The position numbers and the translations under genes were made by a program. DNA of 64,000 nt from Candidatus Peregrinibacteria bacterium (GTDB taxonomy: Bacteria > Patescibacteriota > Gracilibacteria > UBA1369). The stretch is from assembly GCA_003153355.1 (NCBI GenBank), contig PLYH01000003.1:124635-188634 (forward strand), in the 5' to 3' direction. This document shows positions 1 to 8,931 of the stretch, one piece after another (the stretch's first letter is position 1; each line of letters begins with the position of its first letter). A model generated the notes under the pieces. It saw nothing but the letters and a program-made list of their open reading frames with translations, did not search any database and was not told where the DNA came from.

Positions 1-1696
1 GAGGCAGGCCTTTGGCATGTTCGGGATCTTTGGCCTGGTCTTTGTGATCTTCGATCTGCTCTTCTGCGCGTTTCTTGGCTTTTTCAAAATCATCCTTTTT
101 TTCCTTTCCTTCCTGATGATTCTGGACCGTGCGCTTGGCTTCTGCTTCGGGATCACGGCGTTCCACCATATTTCTTTTGACCCAGCGCAGGAAAGCGGCG
201 AGGGTGAATTTTTCGCCGTTATCGAACTCTACGCCTTTGTCGCTGATTTTTTTGATGACGAACATGCGGCCCGAATCGTCGTCGTAGGAAAGCGCTTCGC
301 CTTCAATGCCTTTAATCGGAGGATAATGTCCTGGCGGACGTTTATGAACAGTGTTCATCGCCTCGTTGTAGATGATGAGTTCATTGCGCAGTTTTTTCAA
401 ATTTTCAATAGGGCGGAGCACTTCGGAGCGTTTGAACCATTTGGCAAAATCGCCGAAGGAAAGTTTCTTCTCTTTTTTCCCGCCGATTTTCACTCTTTCG
501 TCGAGTTCAATTTCGTTCAGGACCTCGTCGATTCTTTTTATTTTGACGGTCTGGTCTTCTGATGAAAACTTTCCGGTTTCCGGTTCCATCAGTTCGCGGT
601 ATTCAAAAACATCGCCGGCCTTCACTTTTTCGCCGATGGATTTGTGAAGTTCATTCAGGCTCTGGATGTCTTCGGTCACGCCGATTTCATCGACCCATTT
701 ATAGAGCTGTCCCGCGGTCATCTGATCCTGCTCGATTTTATTGGTGATGGGATTCTGCGATTCAACCGTGACGACCGGGCTATTCGTTTTGATTTTTTTG
801 ATGACTTTGCCATCGTCATCTTCAATTTCGATTTCTTCAAAATCGATTTTCTTAATCTCATAATACTTTTTACTTTTCACGAGCTCTTTGGTTTTCGGGT
901 CTTCATGCAGGCCTAAAGCCACGAGCTTTTGCTGCGGATCGATGGGCAAACCCGACATGCTGCTGAGCATCTTCAATGCTCTCTGACGCTGGGCTTCGTT
1001 CATGACATCGTCGCGCATTTCTCTGGAAATTTCCTGAAACTCTTTCACGACTTTTGCATACTCTTCCTCAAGTTTTTTTGATTTTTCCGCCTCTTCTTTC
1101 TTAAGTTCCTTGATGCGTTCAACGGCCACTGGCGCATTTTTTTTGAGATCCGGAACCGCAGCGATCAGGCTGCTCCATTTATCTTCAAAATCCCCTTCCG
1201 TCGGATCCATATCCATAATTTCCTGCGCTTTTTCTTTGGAAATTTTTCCTTCGGAAATTAATTTGTCGAGTTGTGACTTTATGACTTCCTGATTTTCGGC
1301 ATCTTCTTTATTAAGCTTTTTGAGCTTCCCGCCGATGCCTTTCATTTTTTCGGTCGTTTCGCGGTGCTTTTCATTCTTGCTCGCGCCGTAGGTTCGTTCG
1401 ATCTTCGACGAGGTCTGTAAAATTTTCTCGGTTTTTTGGGCCACGCGGCGCTGCGTGATATCAACTTCGCCCGTTGCCGCTTCTTTATTTTTTTCGGCAT
1501 CTTCTTTTTTCTTATCCTCTTCTTCCTTTTCTTTTTTCTTTTTTTCTTCTTCATCTTTCTTTTTTTCACTTTCACTTTTTTCGTCTTCTCCGCCGGCCGA
1601 CCCGGACGAGCTTTTTGTAGCATAAATCAGTCTTTTTTGGGAAAAAAGTGCGGGTTTGATTGAAGCCAGGTTGTGCAGATAAGCATGTGTCATCAT
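1..1696 (-). CDS. hypothetical Lys/Glu-rich protein (>565 aa), C-terminus beyond left window edge
   Basis: Absent from the ORF track because it runs off the edge. I checked plus-strand triplets at 2,5,8...1703 and found no tta/cta/tca until tta at 1706-1708. ATG-ATG at 1696/1693. The Phe-rich + ORFs 17..916 are its antisense shadow. No recognisable domain. Confidence 0.6.
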   Translation of the reverse strand, partial: MMTHAYLHNLASIKPALFSQKRLIYATKSSSGSAGGEDEKSESEKKKDEEEKKKKEKEEEDKKKEDAEKNKEAATGEVDITQRRVAQKTEKILQTSSKIERTYGASKNEKHRETTEKMKGIGGKLKKLNKEDAENQEVIKSQLDKLISEGKISKEKAQEIMDMDPTEGDFEDKWSSLIAAVPDLKKNAPVAVERIKELKKEEAEKSKKLEEEYAKVVKEFQEISREMRDDVMNEAQRQRALKMLSSMSGLPIDPQQKLVALGLHEDPKTKELVKSKKYYEIKKIDFEEIEIEDDDGKVIKKIKTNSPVVTVESQNPITNKIEQDQMTAGQLYKWVDEIGVTEDIQSLNELHKSIGEKVKAGDVFEYRELMEPETGKFSSEDQTVKIKRIDEVLNEIELDERVKIGGKKEKKLSFGDFAKWFKRSEVLRPIENLKKLRNELIIYNEAMNTVHKRPPGHYPPIKGIEGEALSYDDDSGRMFVIKKISDKGVEFDNGEKFTLAAFLRWVKRNMVERRDPEAEAKRTVQNHQEGKEKKDDFEKAKKRAEEQIEDHKDQAKDPEHAKGLP

Positions 1697-2043
1697 AGTG
1701 ATCCTTTAAAAGGGATATATGTGCTCCGTGCGCCTCGGTTTGAGGACGACACGTCGCATAAGCTCCGGCTGCGAACATGGCTTTGATAGCCATGAATGCC
1801 CACTGAGCGTGTACGGCCTTGTGGCGGCCGTCTGACCATTGCTTTGATTTTCTGGTTTTGTACTTTTCGAATTGTACGTGAGATTTGACTCCGGCTGAGC
1901 GGAGATGATCCAGGCGCGGCTGTTCTTTCGTAACCTGAGGAGCCGGCCGCTTCGGTTGCGCTTTCAATGAAGCGCGGTTGAAGCTTGTTGTAGGATCTTG
2001 ATTGTTCTCGTGCTAATTTTATCATCGTTTTGATTTTTGTCAA
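1693..2043 (-). CDS. hypothetical small basic Arg/Ser-rich protein (116 aa), doubtful
   Basis: ORF starts 9 nt after the upstream stop (2053). Its TGA overlaps the ATG of the next gene (ATGATGA at 1696-1690). Composition is poor, and ORF 1572..1967 competes in another frame. Confidence 0.3.
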   Translation of the reverse strand: MTKIKTMIKLAREQSRSYNKLQPRFIESATEAAGSSGYERTAAPGSSPLSRSQISRTIRKVQNQKIKAMVRRPPQGRTRSVGIHGYQSHVRSRSLCDVSSSNRGARSTYIPFKGSL

Positions 2044-2052
2044 TATTTGCCA

Positions 2053-4695
2053 TTATTTCACCTTATATTTTTTACTATCAATATAAACAATCGCTCCAGA
2101 TGCCGGATTACCATAATCTTTCAGGCGAGGATCACTTGCAGCTATTTCTTCTATTACCTCAGGGAGCTGAGGAAGTTTTGCTGCCGGGGACCCTACTTTT
2201 GCTGTCGCCGGTGTTACAACTGGTACAGCAGGCCCCGTAGGAGTTACCTGACTGACAAGGCTTCCATCAGCGCTGGCACCGCCTGAAGTCATGATGATGT
2301 CTTTTTGCTGCTGACTCATGTTTTGGCCGGCTGTCTTGAGCACCTGCTCTTTTGCGTTTGCTTTTATTGCATCGGTCACAGGTCCAGTGCCTGCCATTTT
2401 TTTTGCGAGAAAATTAATTTCGGTCATTAAATCCCCTTCCAATGAATCAAAAGTGACTTTAGTTTTTGCTTTAGCAGCATCTCCAATTAACCCACCGACA
2501 CGTACTCCGATGCCCGGAGAGTTCGCCTCTGCGTCTCCTGCGGCCTTTTCAGCAGTTTTCGCTTTCTCATCAAGCTCTTGAATTTTTTTGATTGCTGCGG
2601 CCCGCTTATCTTTGGAAGGCTGGTCTGTCTTCCCTTCAGTTGTCGTCATGTCTTTCTGAGCCTGATCAAGAGCTTTTATATCATCGTCACTCAATAATTT
2701 GTTCTTTTCGATATTCGTGCGTCTGTCACTCTTTGGATTGATGAGCGCCTTTTGATTACCATCAAGGTCTCCTTGTTGTTTCTTAGCGAAGGCTGCGGCA
2801 TCTTTTGGTTTTGCTTCAAGTCCGCTCGCCATTTCAAGACCGCTCTGTTTCATAAACAAAGCCATGTCCTGCTCACTGACTTCGTTGTTTTTCAAATCTG
2901 CTAAGAACTTATCGACGCCTTCTTTCCCTCCCTGATATTTTGCGGAAGTGTTGGCCAACCATTTTGGCATATCGTTCGGCAGATGCGATTTCCCATTTCC
3001 TTCGAAGAAGCTGGCGTAACCTTTTTGGACATTCGCATTCTGGAGCATACCCCTGGAAACATTATCCTTGGTATATTTCTTGAGGGCAGACAAATCTTTT
3101 TGCTGGCCAAGATTTCCGCCGACTTCATTACTTCTATCCACAAGTCCAAACTTTCTGGCCTCTTGTCTAAACTTATCATCCATTTGAGCGCGTACTCCCT
3201 GCAAGCCGACTTGGGCTGCACCAAGAGTGATATTTCCCTTTGAAGTCGGGAAGAGCGGAATACTTTTGACGGCAAATCCGCCGATGGCTTTTCCGGCACC
3301 TTCCACGGAACCCTTAATGGCTTCCACAGCTCCGTCGGCGAATGTTCCTTTCATAGCTTCAAAGACGCCGATCCAGATGAAGGCGGCGGCACCGAATGCT
3401 GCAACAAGCTGCTGGAGCGTACTGATTCCTGAAGTATAAAGTCCGATATTTAATGTTGGATTATTTTGGAGATTTAATCCTGGACCCACTGATTTAGCAG
3501 CATTGACTCCATTGATCATAATAATGCCAACGGACATTACCAGGGCCACCGGAATCGGAATGATGGCTGTCTGGATAAATTTATCAACCTCTCCTCCACC
3601 CAATTTTCCTTTAAATTTTTCGGGAAGAAACGGCGGCAAGACCATTAACGGTGATACGGCGATACCGACCCATAAAACGACCAATCTTATCAACAGGACG
3701 ACGAGCAGCGCCACATAGGCCGTTCCATACACAATAAAAAGAATGACGCTAAACAGCGTATCCACGACCAGATTTGATGTTGTCACGGCGGCAGGATTTA
3801 CCTTAACCGTATCAAGAAGACCGGCATTTTGTAACTGGATGGCCATAACGAGTGCGGCATTTTGGGAACTGGTGCTGCCGAAGAAATTCTGAAGTGCCTG
3901 ACTTGGATTTAAGTATGAGCCGTTTCCATCTGGCTTGAGTTCACACATGCTCGTTTTATCATCGTAGGGAGGGCTTCCAGGGTTAACCGCAGTCAAATTT
4001 TTCTGATAGTCTGAACCTGGATCGGTAGGATCTCCCCCAAACATTGCCCCGCAAAATTCGTTGATTTGATCAACGGTGAAGGAACCGATTTTGGGTGCTG
4101 GACTGCCACTACTGCTGCTGTTGAAACCGAGCTTCGGACAGATCGTTGAGCTGCTCGGATCCAAAGTACACTGGACACTGTCGGGAAGCGCAAAGATTGC
4201 CGTGGAAAGTACATTGACGGAATCCAGAATAACTTTTGCTCCGATAAACGTGAAATTTACTGCAATGAGCGCGATGACGAATTTCGGCAGAATGGTTTTG
4301 AGGTGATAATTTTCGCCGGCGCCGAGAACGTTATATAAAGCAATGCCCAGCAAAATAAGGACGAAAAGAATGTTCACCACGTTGCGGACATTGACCCAGA
4401 TGGCGGAAAGACGGTCTTCCATGCCTGCGCCAAAAAGGATGTCGTTCTGCATTAATCCTCCAATCATTAAAAGTACCGGCCAGAAAATGCGCTTGAGCAG
4501 GTCGATGATTTTGCTCACGCCCGCGAGGAGGCCCGATGAGCCGTCGTCAGGAGCAGTGCCGCCGGATGGAGGAGGTGGCGACGGACTTTGCGCATGAACA
4601 ATATGCGGATAAATAAATACGACCGCCAGCAGGAATGCTGCGAGAAGAATTATTTTGCGGTGCTTCAGCCAGAAGTTTTGTAATGTATTAACCAT
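2053..4695 (-). CDS. large polytopic membrane protein (880 aa): N-terminal signal/TM, PPPP linker, >=8 TM, Cys-containing loop, ~300-aa Lys/Ala/Asp/Gln-rich tail. VirB6/TrbL-like topology is only a guess.
   Basis: Long ORF. Hydrophobic segments are visible (ILLAAFLLAVVFIY, VNILFVLILLGIALYNV, LFSVILFIVYGTAYVALLVVLLIRLVVLWVGIAV, and others). Tight same-strand packing with neighbours. Confidence 0.75.
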   Translation of the reverse strand: MVNTLQNFWLKHRKIILLAAFLLAVVFIYPHIVHAQSPSPPPPSGGTAPDDGSSGLLAGVSKIIDLLKRIFWPVLLMIGGLMQNDILFGAGMEDRLSAIWVNVRNVVNILFVLILLGIALYNVLGAGENYHLKTILPKFVIALIAVNFTFIGAKVILDSVNVLSTAIFALPDSVQCTLDPSSSTICPKLGFNSSSSGSPAPKIGSFTVDQINEFCGAMFGGDPTDPGSDYQKNLTAVNPGSPPYDDKTSMCELKPDGNGSYLNPSQALQNFFGSTSSQNAALVMAIQLQNAGLLDTVKVNPAAVTTSNLVVDTLFSVILFIVYGTAYVALLVVLLIRLVVLWVGIAVSPLMVLPPFLPEKFKGKLGGGEVDKFIQTAIIPIPVALVMSVGIIMINGVNAAKSVGPGLNLQNNPTLNIGLYTSGISTLQQLVAAFGAAAFIWIGVFEAMKGTFADGAVEAIKGSVEGAGKAIGGFAVKSIPLFPTSKGNITLGAAQVGLQGVRAQMDDKFRQEARKFGLVDRSNEVGGNLGQQKDLSALKKYTKDNVSRGMLQNANVQKGYASFFEGNGKSHLPNDMPKWLANTSAKYQGGKEGVDKFLADLKNNEVSEQDMALFMKQSGLEMASGLEAKPKDAAAFAKKQQGDLDGNQKALINPKSDRRTNIEKNKLLSDDDIKALDQAQKDMTTTEGKTDQPSKDKRAAAIKKIQELDEKAKTAEKAAGDAEANSPGIGVRVGGLIGDAAKAKTKVTFDSLEGDLMTEINFLAKKMAGTGPVTDAIKANAKEQVLKTAGQNMSQQQKDIIMTSGGASADGSLVSQVTPTGPAVPVVTPATAKVGSPAAKLPQLPEVIEEIAASDPRLKDYGNPASGAIVYIDSKKYKVK

Positions 4696-4738
4696 AGGTT
4701 TGGGTGTTTATTTTTATATATAGGCGAGAGAATGTCGC

Positions 4739-6607
4739 TTAACCAAAAAGACGGGGAAGATAATGGTTCAAAGCGATGACAAAAGTTTTGATGATGTTCA
4801 TTGCGGTCGTTGCTGAAGCGCTTGTCGGGCTTCCTGGGGTTAACAAAAAACTGCTGCTGATGGCGGCAAATGCGCTGCCGCCGATGCTCCCTCCTACGAT
4901 TGCTGCAACATTGCTTTTTTTAGGTGGGGCTGACGGAACGCTCAAAGATTCTTCTCTTCTGCGGCCACGTGCAAATGGCAAACCTTGTTCTCCTGCTGCC
5001 GCAAGCGCCGGTTCGCCTTCCAGTTTCTGCTGTTCGAGTTTAGCTTTATTATACATAGGGCTCCCGATGGGAAATCCGCCAACCATTTTGGTTTCATACA
5101 CGCCTCCTCCTTTTGCCATTTCACCGCTTCCTTTTAGCGGCTCTGGAGGTTTTATGCCTTTTGGAAGCTGTGGGCCGCCTGCTGCATCAGGTCCTGGGCC
5201 TGGCCCGGTCATTTGTCCCGGGAAGCCTGTTTTTATTCCCGGAGGGAAAGGTGTTGTCTGTCCTGTCGGCAATTTATATGACAACCCAGTCGGTCCAGTC
5301 ACTCCTGAAATTGGAGCTTTCGGGTAAGGAATTTTTGAAAGTGGAGGCGCTATAGCCGGTGCCTGCTGCAGGGGGGCGTCCTTCTGGATGCCGAGACTTT
5401 TGCAAAGTTCAGCATCGTTATAGATTTCGCGAGCCGAACGCTTGTCGGTACCGCCTTTTTTAAAAGCCTGATCAAGTTTGTTTTCATCAACCGTAAAATT
5501 TTTCCCGGCAAGTTTGTCTCCTGCGCCGTTGCCCTGGAACGTGAAAGTAAATTTGAGATCCTGGTCGAAAGGCAGGCGCGTATCCACTGAAATAAGCATC
5601 GGATCTTTTTTGCCTGCGACATCAAGATTTAAAGTTTCTCCTCCGGGTGATATTGCTTTTACCATGGCATGGCCGTTCGTATCAAAGGTCACAGGGCCGA
5701 TGTTGGTAAATCCTAAATCTTTTAATTTATTGACGATGGCTTTTCCGCGTTTTTGCTGGAAACTCTTCGTAATTTGGTCACTGGTGCTTCCTTGGTCGGG
5801 AACAGCTGCTGAAACTTTTGGCGGAACTGGGAAACTGCTTCCCTTAACAACCGTCTGAGGGCTGACTGAACCAGTCAATGACTCAAAAGGTTTCGGACTT
5901 GTTTTTCCTTTGGCGATCTCAGTAAGGTCTGTAATCGACGGGACGGCAAAACCTTTCTCCATGAATTTTTTCATCTCGTCGCTCGGCGGGGGCAGAAATT
6001 GAACTGCTGTTTCGCCGGGTTTCGGCGCATCGGTTGCGCGGATATATTTATATTCGCCGGTGGCTTTATCTTTCACAAGCATCAGTAAGCCTTTTTCGAG
6101 GAGGTCATTGTCGGCTTTTGCCTGCTCAACGTCTTCTGTTTTTCCGGGCGAACCTTTTGCTATAATAAGTTCTTTAATCTGGTCGTGTTCAAAACCTTCG
6201 CCGATATGATAACTCATTAAAAACAGGTTGCGTTTAACGTCCGCAGGCCACATCACTTGAGGTTCTTCTTTTCCAGGACCCACAGAATTCGGATCAACGA
6301 CCGGCAAAAAAGCCCTGATGCGGTTTTGAGGATCTGAACCGGCTTGGTCCCGCATGTATTCAGCAAAATATTTCAGTAATTTTTCACGGTCTTTCAGTTC
6401 TTCCGGACCGGCGAAAGGAACTCCGCTTGCTGCTGCGCTGGCTGTGAAATATGTTCCCACTAAATCATTTTTATCAGCGTCGGTAAGAACTCCGGTTGAA
6501 AAAAGGTTGAACAAATATGGCTTCTGCAATGTTGCCGTATCTTTTAACATTGTCTCCAGAAGAGGCATTAGGTGGTCATTGATGAATTGTGGTCCGAACT
6601 GTTGCAT
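4739..6607 (-). CDS. hypothetical protein (622 aa): soluble N-domain, Pro/Gly-rich linker, C-terminal hydrophobic anchor
   Basis: Long ORF 19 nt downstream of the preceding gene. PGP-rich region (GFPGQMTGPGPGPDAAGGPQLP). C-terminal VAAIVGGSIGGSAFAAISSSFLL. Confidence 0.75.
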   Translation of the reverse strand: MQQFGPQFINDHLMPLLETMLKDTATLQKPYLFNLFSTGVLTDADKNDLVGTYFTASAAASGVPFAGPEELKDREKLLKYFAEYMRDQAGSDPQNRIRAFLPVVDPNSVGPGKEEPQVMWPADVKRNLFLMSYHIGEGFEHDQIKELIIAKGSPGKTEDVEQAKADNDLLEKGLLMLVKDKATGEYKYIRATDAPKPGETAVQFLPPPSDEMKKFMEKGFAVPSITDLTEIAKGKTSPKPFESLTGSVSPQTVVKGSSFPVPPKVSAAVPDQGSTSDQITKSFQQKRGKAIVNKLKDLGFTNIGPVTFDTNGHAMVKAISPGGETLNLDVAGKKDPMLISVDTRLPFDQDLKFTFTFQGNGAGDKLAGKNFTVDENKLDQAFKKGGTDKRSAREIYNDAELCKSLGIQKDAPLQQAPAIAPPLSKIPYPKAPISGVTGPTGLSYKLPTGQTTPFPPGIKTGFPGQMTGPGPGPDAAGGPQLPKGIKPPEPLKGSGEMAKGGGVYETKMVGGFPIGSPMYNKAKLEQQKLEGEPALAAAGEQGLPFARGRRREESLSVPSAPPKKSNVAAIVGGSIGGSAFAAISSSFLLTPGSPTSASATTAMNIIKTFVIALNHYLPRLFG

Positions 6608-6626
6608 GGTTTTATTTCAAATTTTT

Positions 6627-8213
6627 TTAGGATATTACCTGAATTGGCGCTGCGGATGACCCTGCCATTGCTGCCGGGCCGCCGCCCAAACCCTGGGCAT
6701 CTTTAATGAACTTGAGCTTTCCATTGAAATCACTTTGATTTTCTATTTTCAAAACGGTCATCGTTGTAGCGATCATGTTAATTTGCATGGAAGTTTTTTG
6801 AGGTAAATTTCGCTGCGTTGCCTCCAGTCTTGCTTGCTGATCTTTGTCGGTTTCCGAATTCCGGAGTTCCTCAAAAGTGATCATCAGGTCTTTGCCGTGT
6901 TTTCCCTGGGCTGATTTTGCCTTCAGGATGGTCAGAATTCTTTCTGCGCCCCCGTTTTCCAGATATGATCCAAAATCGGGGTAGTTCAGATAAATATCGC
7001 CGATGACGGCAAAAGCTCTTTGTCCAACTTCATTTTTTGCGCCTTCTTTTTCGGATAATTTTTCCAGAGCGCGGCTCATAATTCCTGAACCGAGTCCGAA
7101 CTCTCCCGCACCTTTTTTCATGCCGCCGCTCGTTATTTCCAGCGCTAAAGTGCCTTCTCCGACTGCGGCCCACATATAGGGATTTTTCAATAAACTTTTA
7201 AAATTTCCGCCGGAAGCAAGGACGTTCGTCAGAATCCAAAAAACCGAATGGAGGAGCATGCCCATTCCCAGCAGCGGAGTTCCCACCACGCGGTTCATAA
7301 TATTTTCTCCGTACTTGCTCTTCATTTTTTTAATTTCCTCATTCATGCCGTCTCTCATTTTTTGGACTTCATCAACATAGAACCCCTGGCTCAGACGGTT
7401 TTTGTAGGTCGTCTCGAACTCCGCTTCAGTGATAACTTTTTTCTGGATTGCCTCATTGAAAAGCGCTTCGCCCTGGGCAACGGTCAAAATTCCCGTTCTC
7501 AAAAAACCATCAATGACCTCGGCGGTCTGTTCGCGTTTTGGAGAATCCATAAGGTCCTCAACAAGTTTAAAACGCTGAGCCGGACTCATAAAACCGATTA
7601 AAATACCGGCGGTGGTTATTTCAAAATTTTCGCGAGGCTTTGCATCTCTGGCCGTGAGATCAAAAGGGTTGATCATCGATACAACCCGGGCATAATCTTC
7701 ATTGCTGAGCTCTTTATGATCCTGGAGTTTGAGCAGCATTTCCTGGGTTTGAATATCTTTCACCGAAATTTTTTCAATCCCCACAAGCGTACGCTTAAGC
7801 GCGGCAGCTTCTTCTTCCGTGATGTAATCGCCCTTCACAAGCATGTTTAAGGTCATCTGGATGTTCTGAATACGAAAATCAACGGCGTTTTGAGCTTGCT
7901 CAAGCAGCTGGGTCGCGAGCTCGTCGCGCTGGGATTTATTTTCTTCGGATTTGTCCTGATACTGTTGTTTAAAATTTTCAAACGTTTCCTTCACAGCCTT
8001 TTTTTGCTGCTCTTTCATGCCGCGGACCTCGTTGAGTCCCACCTCGGCCATCTTGGAACCGGAAATCTTTTTTTCAAACATTTCTTCAACTTTTTTGACG
8101 TTCTCAGCTTCTTTTTCATCAAACTTTCCAAGCACGGTGCGCGTCTGATCGTCCAGCGGCTTCTGCTCTTTTTGCCGAGCCTGTTTTTCTGGGTTGTTTT
8201 TTGTTTCAACCAT
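6627..8213 (-). CDS. hypothetical protein (528 aa): charged coiled-coil-like N-terminus plus central hydrophobic segments
   Basis: Long ORF 5 nt downstream of the preceding gene. Hydrophobic stretch LLGMGMLLHSVFWILTNVLA. No known motif recognised. Confidence 0.75.
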   Translation of the reverse strand: MVETKNNPEKQARQKEQKPLDDQTRTVLGKFDEKEAENVKKVEEMFEKKISGSKMAEVGLNEVRGMKEQQKKAVKETFENFKQQYQDKSEENKSQRDELATQLLEQAQNAVDFRIQNIQMTLNMLVKGDYITEEEAAALKRTLVGIEKISVKDIQTQEMLLKLQDHKELSNEDYARVVSMINPFDLTARDAKPRENFEITTAGILIGFMSPAQRFKLVEDLMDSPKREQTAEVIDGFLRTGILTVAQGEALFNEAIQKKVITEAEFETTYKNRLSQGFYVDEVQKMRDGMNEEIKKMKSKYGENIMNRVVGTPLLGMGMLLHSVFWILTNVLASGGNFKSLLKNPYMWAAVGEGTLALEITSGGMKKGAGEFGLGSGIMSRALEKLSEKEGAKNEVGQRAFAVIGDIYLNYPDFGSYLENGGAERILTILKAKSAQGKHGKDLMITFEELRNSETDKDQQARLEATQRNLPQKTSMQINMIATTMTVLKIENQSDFNGKLKFIKDAQGLGGGPAAMAGSSAAPIQVIS

Positions 8214-8218
8214 TGGTT

Positions 8219-8824
8219 TTAGAGTTTGAGGAGACGTAAAACAGTATCGCTGAACCGTTCATTTTTCCCTTCCCATTCCGGAATTTGTCCGCACAAATAT
8301 TCGCGGACCGGCACTGGGTCTTCATGATTGAGCTGAATGATGATGTCAGAGAAAAAATGCTCTTTGACCCGCAGATTGAGCGTCGTAACGTGTGGAGGAT
8401 TATAAATAATCCAGAAGGCCTGAATGCTGCTGAAGGGGAAAACCATATTGCCCACCTTCACGCCCATCCGTGAAATCGTGACCTTGATATCTTTTGGAGG
8501 ATGGTGCGAATGAATGTACAAATACACGCTGGCAAGGACAATAAATGCCAGGGCCATCGTCAAGTCGTTGGTCAGCGCGGCTCCTACGACAAAAACCGCC
8601 ACAACGACGGCTGCTGCCATATACCAGCCTTTGCCTTTCGGATGCTGAATGTATTCCGGAGCAATCCATGTAAAAACGGCTTTGTCGTACAAAGCAGCCT
8701 CTTGGGGAGTTTTTGGTCCGTCAGGCATAACTTTGAACCGGTCTTTGAGAGATTTGGATGTTTTTTCTTCGCGGTTTTGAGCATCGCGAAGTTTTTGTTC
8801 TGTAGCGTTTTTTGTTTTGGACAT
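8219..8824 (-). CDS. membrane protein (201 aa): 2 TM plus beta-rich C-terminal domain (possibly PH-like)
   Basis: ORF is the first gene after the purL terminator. TM segments WYMAAAVVVAVFVVGAAL and MALAFIVLASVYLYI. Confidence 0.7.
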   Translation of the reverse strand: MSKTKNATEQKLRDAQNREEKTSKSLKDRFKVMPDGPKTPQEAALYDKAVFTWIAPEYIQHPKGKGWYMAAAVVVAVFVVGAALTNDLTMALAFIVLASVYLYIHSHHPPKDIKVTISRMGVKVGNMVFPFSSIQAFWIIYNPPHVTTLNLRVKEHFFSDIIIQLNHEDPVPVREYLCGQIPEWEGKNERFSDTVLRLLKL

Positions 8825-8860
8825 AGTTTTTTGGTTATATTTATCTTGTTATTTTACCAT

Positions 8861-8890
8861 AAAAAGACCTTTCCAACAATTCAGGAAAGG
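8861..8890 (-). terminator. intrinsic terminator downstream of purL
   Basis: CCTTTCC (8868-8874) pairs with GGAAAGG (8884-8890) around a 9-nt loop. On the minus strand it is followed by UCUUUUU (plus A-run 8861-8865). Confidence 0.65.
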
Positions 8891-8931
8891 CTGCAACAAG
8901 CCATAAAAGCTTGACTCATATTTATAATGTT

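Noticed and set aside
17-916. Four overlapping Phe/Leu-rich plus-strand ORFs (17..562, 372..647, 562..747, 644..916)
   Set aside because: They are antisense shadows of the long Lys/Glu-rich minus-strand ORF (AAA/GAA codons read as TTT/TTC). The composition is not protein-like.
1342-1663. Lys-rich ORF 1342..1623 (-) and Phe-rich ORF 1436..1663 (+)
   Set aside because: These are out-of-frame or antisense readings of the polypurine tract. The continuous frame 2..1696 explains the region.
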